This document shows positions 32,036 to 37,042 of a stretch of 37,042 nucleotides of DNA, piece by piece. The stretch lies in IMG/VR virus record IMGVR_UViG_3300024272_002272. The stretch is one strand, 5' to 3'. The stretch comes from a virus. Within the stretch, counting starts at the first letter, position 1, and every line of letters begins with the position of its first letter. Under the pieces are notes generated by a model. It was given only the letters and a program-made list of their open reading frames with translations. It had not been told where the DNA came from and did no database searches. Position numbers and translations under genes: made by a program.

Positions 32036-33076
32036 CTAAACCACCTCCACTAAATTTATTCCTGATATATTTATTATTTTATCTTCTGCTATAGATATAT
32101 TTATATTATTATCATTTACTAAAAGACTTGTTATATCTTCTATACCTAAATGATTAGCTAATAATCCATATACTTTAGAATAAGTAAGCTCTGTTGTAAT
32201 ATCTTTTAAATACTCATTTAAAGAAGCTTCAAAGTCTAGTTTAACATCTTCTATGTCATAACCTTCTTTTAGCTCTATAGTTGCAACTATGCTTACATTT
32301 AAGTTACTTGGAGTAGTTACAGTCAATTGACACCCTATAGGCATATTTTCTTCGATATGTAACTTGCAAGTTTCAATTATTTCATCAGTTACAGGCTTAT
32401 TATCATTTCCTGTTATCATAACCTTTACAGTACCGTTACCATTATGTAATGGATAAACCACTGCCCTACCAACTCCATTTACTTCTAAAGCCCATTCTTC
32501 ATAGTGATTTTTATTTCCACTAGTACTTGGATTATTAACAACCTTAACAAATCTTTTTCTTAAATCTTCATCAGTTTCAATATCTACCCCATTAACAAAT
32601 TCAATTTCATTTACTAATTTAGTAACTTTATCATTTTTTTCAACTAATTCAAATTCAGTATTTGCAAGTAAGTTATATTTATATCCTACTTCATTAGCTT
32701 CTACATGTAGGATATTGTCATTAGGAAGTTCTATATCATTTAATACAGTAAAATATAAATCGTTGGCTTTTATAAGTGTACCATTAGTTATAGTTGCACC
32801 GTCTTTACCTTCAACTTTTATTTCTCCTGTAGCTTTTACACCTTCTTTTCTATATACCCCAAATTCAGATACTCTTTTATCTAAGTAAGTATCAAAACTA
32901 TCCTCTATAAATCCAAGGCTTAATATATCACCCATGTTTATATAAGCTTTTGCTAGTTCTTCAACTATTGGGGCTACCATATTAGAAGTGAAACTGCCTT
33001 CCCTTTTATCAATATCTATATTTATATTATCAAGTATTCTTTGTTTTATAACTTCATAAGTTTGATTACTAAACAT
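32036..33076 (-). CDS. Baseplate J-like protein (XkdT-like)
   Basis: 346-aa ORF in the conserved Xkd order. Confidence 0.75.
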   Translation of the reverse strand: MFSNQTYEVIKQRILDNINIDIDKREGSFTSNMVAPIVEELAKAYINMGDILSLGFIEDSFDTYLDKRVSEFGVYRKEGVKATGEIKVEGKDGATITNGTLIKANDLYFTVLNDIELPNDNILHVEANEVGYKYNLLANTEFELVEKNDKVTKLVNEIEFVNGVDIETDEDLRKRFVKVVNNPSTSGNKNHYEEWALEVNGVGRAVVYPLHNGNGTVKVMITGNDNKPVTDEIIETCKLHIEENMPIGCQLTVTTPSNLNVSIVATIELKEGYDIEDVKLDFEASLNEYLKDITTELTYSKVYGLLANHLGIEDITSLLVNDNNINISIAEDKIINISGINLVEVV

Positions 33077-33495
33077 TAAATTACCACCTCACTTTCACCG
33101 TAAATTGTGGTTATTTTTATATCAGCACTTAACAATCCATTATTAAAAGAAGTATCAACAACAGTTACATCTAAAATATAAGGATTAATTAATAGTGCTT
33201 CTTTTATATATCTTTTAGCTTCTTCTTTAGTTAAGGAAGGAGTATATGCTTTACCTATTAAGTCCATTAACTCACTTCCATAGTCCCAACTATAAATTGA
33301 ATAGTTATATCTAGGAGTTAATAGTGCCTTATATACCCATACCTTTATAGCATTATTACCTTCAACTATTTTAAAATCTCCATTTTGAATTATTGGAGTA
33401 TTTCTTTTAAAGTCCCAAGCTACTTCACGATATAAAGGGAAGCTATTATCAACTTTTACTTCATCAACATTACTTATAAAAGGGAACAAACTCAT
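33076..33495 (-). CDS. Baseplate wedge protein (XkdS / gp25-like)
   Basis: 139-aa ORF, translationally coupled, in the Xkd order. Confidence 0.6.
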   Translation of the reverse strand: MSLFPFISNVDEVKVDNSFPLYREVAWDFKRNTPIIQNGDFKIVEGNNAIKVWVYKALLTPRYNYSIYSWDYGSELMDLIGKAYTPSLTKEEAKRYIKEALLINPYILDVTVVDTSFNNGLLSADIKITTIYGESEVVI

Positions 33496-33797
33496 ATACT
33501 CACCACCTTATCTAAGATTATAAATTTATCATCAATTCTAAGTAATATTACTTTGTCATTAGCATTTAATTCATCTTTTAAATTATGAGTTACATTACAT
33601 TCAGTAGCAGCTATACTTGCATTATTAGATAACAATAAACTTTTAGAAATTAAAAAATCATCTTTATCTAAAACTAGATCATTAAGATTAACTTTTAAAT
33701 TAGGTAAAGGAGATATTACTTTTGCAATAAAAAAAGAAGCTTCAACTTTAGTAGCTTCACCCATTAAACTATATAATTCTAAAAATGGATTTTTCAT
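33492..33797 (-). CDS. XkdR-like baseplate protein
   Basis: 101-aa ORF in the Xkd order. Confidence 0.55.
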   Translation of the reverse strand: MKNPFLELYSLMGEATKVEASFFIAKVISPLPNLKVNLNDLVLDKDDFLISKSLLLSNNASIAATECNVTHNLKDELNANDKVILLRIDDKFIILDKVVSI

Positions 33798-33798
33798 T

Positions 33799-35211
33799 TT
33801 AATAATACCTCCTTGCTCTTACATATCTACTTGAGTAATAACTTGATGATAAGCTATCATATTTAACGGGCTTAGATTTGTTAGGAGCATGAATAAATTG
33901 ACCATTACCAACATACATTCCAACATGACCAACTTCGGCACTTGTAGTCTTAAAGAATACTAAGTCCCCTACTTGTAAACTTGATTTACTAACTAACTTT
34001 CCACTCTTAGACTGTGTTAAAGATGTTCTAGGAATAGATATACCAAGTTGTTTATGACACCATAACATTAAACCACTACAGTCAAATGTGTTAGGACCTG
34101 TTGCTCCCCATACATATTTACAACCAAGTTTTGATTTAGCTAAATTAACTAGCTTTTCACCTATAGAATTTGAAGAATTACTTGATGATGAATTACCACT
34201 TGATGAATTGCTTGAATTATTACTTGAAGTAGCTTCGGTTTCGTCTTGACCTGCCGACACTTCATTCATAATATTTTTAAAGTTTAATTCTAAATCTATA
34301 GTATAGTTTCCACCTTGCCAAGTATGAGTATCACTATCTATATAAAATAAACCTATTAAGCCTGTGTTAGTATCTTTTACTTGGACTCCATATCCTGTTA
34401 TACAAGTAGTGTCGCCAAACCCACTCAATGAACAACTTTGTTCAACTCCATTAAGCATAGTTTTAGCTTCTGCATTAGCATCTTTATTATCTTCCTTTTT
34501 ATAAACTTCTTGGAACAGTCCATAAGTTTTAAGCCATTCATCATTCTTAACTTCTGACACTTTATTTCCATTATCATCAACGATTAACATTTTATTAACC
34601 ATACCTGATACACTTTCCTTAAAATTAGAAGATAATATATTTTTACCTTCTTCAAAAGCTAAATTAAGCTTTACATTTCCCTTTTCAGATGAGCAAAACT
34701 TATCACCTTTAGAATATACCATATACTTTTTGCCAGTCTTTTTAGATTCTTCTGTATAAGCAGTCATTATCATATCATAAGCAGTAGTTCCTAAGAATAC
34801 TTTTTTAATCTTAGTTGTTGCATTTGCAACATCGCCTTTATTTAGCTTGTATTCAGTTAAAAACTTATTATATATACTTGAAGCAGTTTCATCTTTTATA
34901 TTGTAAGATACCTTTATATCATTTAGCTTTGCTGCATAATCATAGCATAAAAAGCTTATACTATTATCACTAGATTTTTCTCTTTCATATACAAATCCTC
35001 TAAATAATTCATTATTATCTTCATAAAATAAAATCATACTCATTAAAGGTATATCAACTTTAGGAATATTTATATCACTTACACTATTAAGTAATGAAAA
35101 CTCTAGCTTCCTAGCGCAACTTTTATAGTCGCCACTCCAAGTTATAGTAGTTAATAAATTAGTTATATCTAGCTTTTCACCATTAGTCTTTTGATATATT
35201 AACTTAATCAT
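33799..35211 (-). CDS. XkdQ-like tail/baseplate hub protein fused to a C-terminal NlpC/P60 endopeptidase
   Basis: 470 aa, with a Ser/Asn-rich linker (SSNNSSNSSSGNSSSSNSSNS). The C-terminus has YVWGATGPNTFDCSGLMLW...GHVGMYVGNGQFIHAP (the Cys/His motif of NlpC/P60). Confidence 0.75.
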   Translation of the reverse strand: MIKLIYQKTNGEKLDITNLLTTITWSGDYKSCARKLEFSLLNSVSDINIPKVDIPLMSMILFYEDNNELFRGFVYEREKSSDNSISFLCYDYAAKLNDIKVSYNIKDETASSIYNKFLTEYKLNKGDVANATTKIKKVFLGTTAYDMIMTAYTEESKKTGKKYMVYSKGDKFCSSEKGNVKLNLAFEEGKNILSSNFKESVSGMVNKMLIVDDNGNKVSEVKNDEWLKTYGLFQEVYKKEDNKDANAEAKTMLNGVEQSCSLSGFGDTTCITGYGVQVKDTNTGLIGLFYIDSDTHTWQGGNYTIDLELNFKNIMNEVSAGQDETEATSSNNSSNSSSGNSSSSNSSNSIGEKLVNLAKSKLGCKYVWGATGPNTFDCSGLMLWCHKQLGISIPRTSLTQSKSGKLVSKSSLQVGDLVFFKTTSAEVGHVGMYVGNGQFIHAPNKSKPVKYDSLSSSYYSSRYVRARRYY

Positions 35212-35882
35212 GGAATTATCAACTCCATATTAGTATATATAACATTGCTTTTAGCTAAAGAAGGATATTTACTTTTATTGGCTTCTTTTATCTTAGGATA
35301 TAAACTACCCTTGCCATAATACTTTTGGGCAATAGCCCATAAACTATCGCCTTTTGCAACTTTATGAGTTTTTTGAGTGCTAGTGTTTGTATCGCTAGAA
35401 TTATCATTAGAATTATTGTCTGTATTATCAGTTCTATTTGTATTTTGAGCATTAGTAGAAATTTCATTAATTACTGGTATAATTATAGGTCTACGTTCTA
35501 ATAAATCTATAGTATAATAAACATCGCCTGTACCGTCTTTTTCTCCATAGCTAAAGTTAGTTATATACATTTCTTGATTTATATCAGTACCAGTAAGTAT
35601 CACCCTTACTATAGAACCTTTGTTTTTCCAATCTTTGAAGCGAGATACTAAATCATAAGGTTTTGGTACGTTAGAATATTCATTAAAACTATATTCTTTG
35701 TTTGGGAAGAAGCTTGATAAACTTAATTGGGCCAATCCATTAGAATTAAACGTAGCAACATCGCCCAAACCAATAATATTATTAGTTTCATAATCTGCTC
35801 CAATAACTCTTTCAAATTCACTTGGCATTACAGGAAGCCTTATTGCTTTATCTTTAGTTTTAAACCATATTTCAGTAAGCAT
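35208..35882 (-). CDS. XkdP-like tail protein with a C-terminal LysM domain
   Basis: HKVAKGDSLWAIAQKYYGKGSLYPKIKEAN is a LysM pattern. It lies directly after the tape measure gene. Confidence 0.75.
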   Translation of the reverse strand: MLTEIWFKTKDKAIRLPVMPSEFERVIGADYETNNIIGLGDVATFNSNGLAQLSLSSFFPNKEYSFNEYSNVPKPYDLVSRFKDWKNKGSIVRVILTGTDINQEMYITNFSYGEKDGTGDVYYTIDLLERRPIIIPVINEISTNAQNTNRTDNTDNNSNDNSSDTNTSTQKTHKVAKGDSLWAIAQKYYGKGSLYPKIKEANKSKYPSLAKSNVIYTNMELIIP

Positions 35883-37042
35883 TAATAAGCACCTCCATAT
35901 ACCATTTTATTTTGATTAATCTTTTGAACTAATTTATTAGCTATTTTAGTTATGTCTGCTTCTTCTCTTACAGTTAATCCATTTATGACTATATTTACAC
36001 CTGTATTAGTGCCTTTTTCATACCTATTTGCCTCTTGTTTGGTTAATACACGCTCTCCTTCGTGAAGCGTTCTAACTGTTCCATCTCTTGCTATTCTACC
36101 ACTACCAAAAGCATTTCTACCTTCACTCTTGCCACCAAGTACACTTTTAGTGATTCCTACAACTGCTCTAACAGGAGAAGTTATTATTGAAACAAAATTT
36201 TTCCACCAAGAAACTATGTTGTCTATTGCATTTTTACAGTCAGCTTTTAACTGATTCATACTTCTACCCCAGTTTGCTTGAACTACGGCAATAGCAGCAT
36301 TAACGGCAACTATTGCAGCTATAACTGCACCTACAGGGCTACAAATAAAAGCAAATGCAGCTGCAACAACTCCACATATAACACCTAAAGCTTTTAGTGC
36401 TAATATTATGCCTGTTACAATAGGGGCTATAGTTACTAATACTGCTCCTACTCCTGCAACAATTCCCCCAAATATTAATATTTGTTGAATTAGTTTTGGA
36501 TTTTCATTTATCCAACTTACTATTTTGTCTATAACAGGAGATATTTTATTCATTAACTGTTCTAAAGTTGGCATTAATGCTTGACCTATGGAGTTTTTAA
36601 CTAAATCAAATTTTCCTTTTAACTCATTCCACTTGTCTTTAAATTGTTGTATCTTTTGTAATTGGCTTTCACTTATATAGCTATATCCTTCAAGTTCTTT
36701 AGCTTTTTCTGCCCAATTATCTAAATGTGGTAATAATTCTTCCCCTGTAGTAGATAACAAAGCAGTCATAACGGCTTGTTGGTGAGTTTTATTTTCAAGC
36801 TTACTTGTAGCTAGCATTAACTCATTCATAAAAGTACCAGTTTCTTTTAATTTCCCATTACTATCAGTAACAGATAATCCAAGTTGTTTTACTATTTGAG
36901 TTAAATCACTTTCACTTTCTAATAATCCACCAAGTTCTTGTTCAGTTACAGCCATTCTTTCTGCCATTGCTGCAAAATCTCCGTTAGCTTGCTCCATTGA
37001 GTAGCCTGTAGATTTAAGCATTTTATCCCATTGTTGATAAGA
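35882..37042 (-). CDS. Tail tape measure protein, C-terminal segment (36916-37042 duplicates 1-127; the joined product is about 478 aa)
   Basis: ORF open to the window edge, with a hydrophobic Gly/Ala/Val/Ile-rich core and the expected position. It is in frame with 1..403 after removing the 127-nt overlap. Confidence 0.8.
   Translation of the reverse strand, partial: SYQQWDKMLKSTGYSMEQANGDFAAMAERMAVTEQELGGLLESESDLTQIVKQLGLSVTDSNGKLKETGTFMNELMLATSKLENKTHQQAVMTALLSTTGEELLPHLDNWAEKAKELEGYSYISESQLQKIQQFKDKWNELKGKFDLVKNSIGQALMPTLEQLMNKISPVIDKIVSWINENPKLIQQILIFGGIVAGVGAVLVTIAPIVTGIILALKALGVICGVVAAAFAFICSPVGAVIAAIVAVNAAIAVVQANWGRSMNQLKADCKNAIDNIVSWWKNFVSIITSPVRAVVGITKSVLGGKSEGRNAFGSGRIARDGTVRTLHEGERVLTKQEANRYEKGTNTGVNIVINGLTVREEADITKIANKLVQKINQNKMVYGGAY
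36916..37042. repeat. Terminal direct repeat, copy 2 (identical to 1-127)
   Basis: Read directly. Confidence 0.95.

Noticed and set aside
1-37042. tRNA, rRNA or tmRNA genes, integrase, and attP
   Set aside because: I found no cloverleaf-like GC-rich segments of 70-90 nt by eye, and no ORF with recombinase-like motifs. A tRNAscan and HMM run would be needed to exclude them formally.

Overview
This window is an AT-rich, complete, circularly closed tailed-phage genome. The unit length is 36,915 bp, and bases 1-127 recur exactly at 36916-37042. Almost all genes are on the minus strand.

Late genes: small and large terminase, portal, an orphan DNA methyltransferase, an SPP1-gp7/Mu-F-like head protein carrying an in-frame TGA, scaffold, major capsid and head-tail joining genes. 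These are followed by a PBSX/Xkd-like contractile-tail module: sheath, tube, a frameshifted chaperone, a tape measure that spans the contig junction, a LysM protein, an XkdQ-NlpC/P60 fusion, XkdR/S/T/U-like baseplate proteins and fibres. Lysis genes are a BhlA/UviB-like holin and an Amidase_3-SPOR endolysin.

Early genes: small HTH regulators, an ERF annealase, an ERCC4 nuclease, an initiator with iterons inside its own gene, a primase-helicase, SSB, DUF3310, an HNH endonuclease and a late activator.

The main finding lies at 14.3-16.2 kb. It is a 402-aa Cas12f/TnpB-like RuvC nuclease next to a 6-repeat, 5-spacer CRISPR array, with no adaptation genes. At least two spacers are near-matches, readable in frame, to this phage's own conserved genes, which suggests they target related phages.

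Other points: a second copy of the iteron array lies in the head module. A plasmid-type replicon signature is present (RHH plus a winged-helix Rep-like operon, iterons and three abutting DnaA boxes). I recognised no integrase. Cargo genes include a BMP-family lipoprotein and an FtsK-like ATPase.

All family calls come from motif recognition by eye and need HMM or BLAST confirmation.
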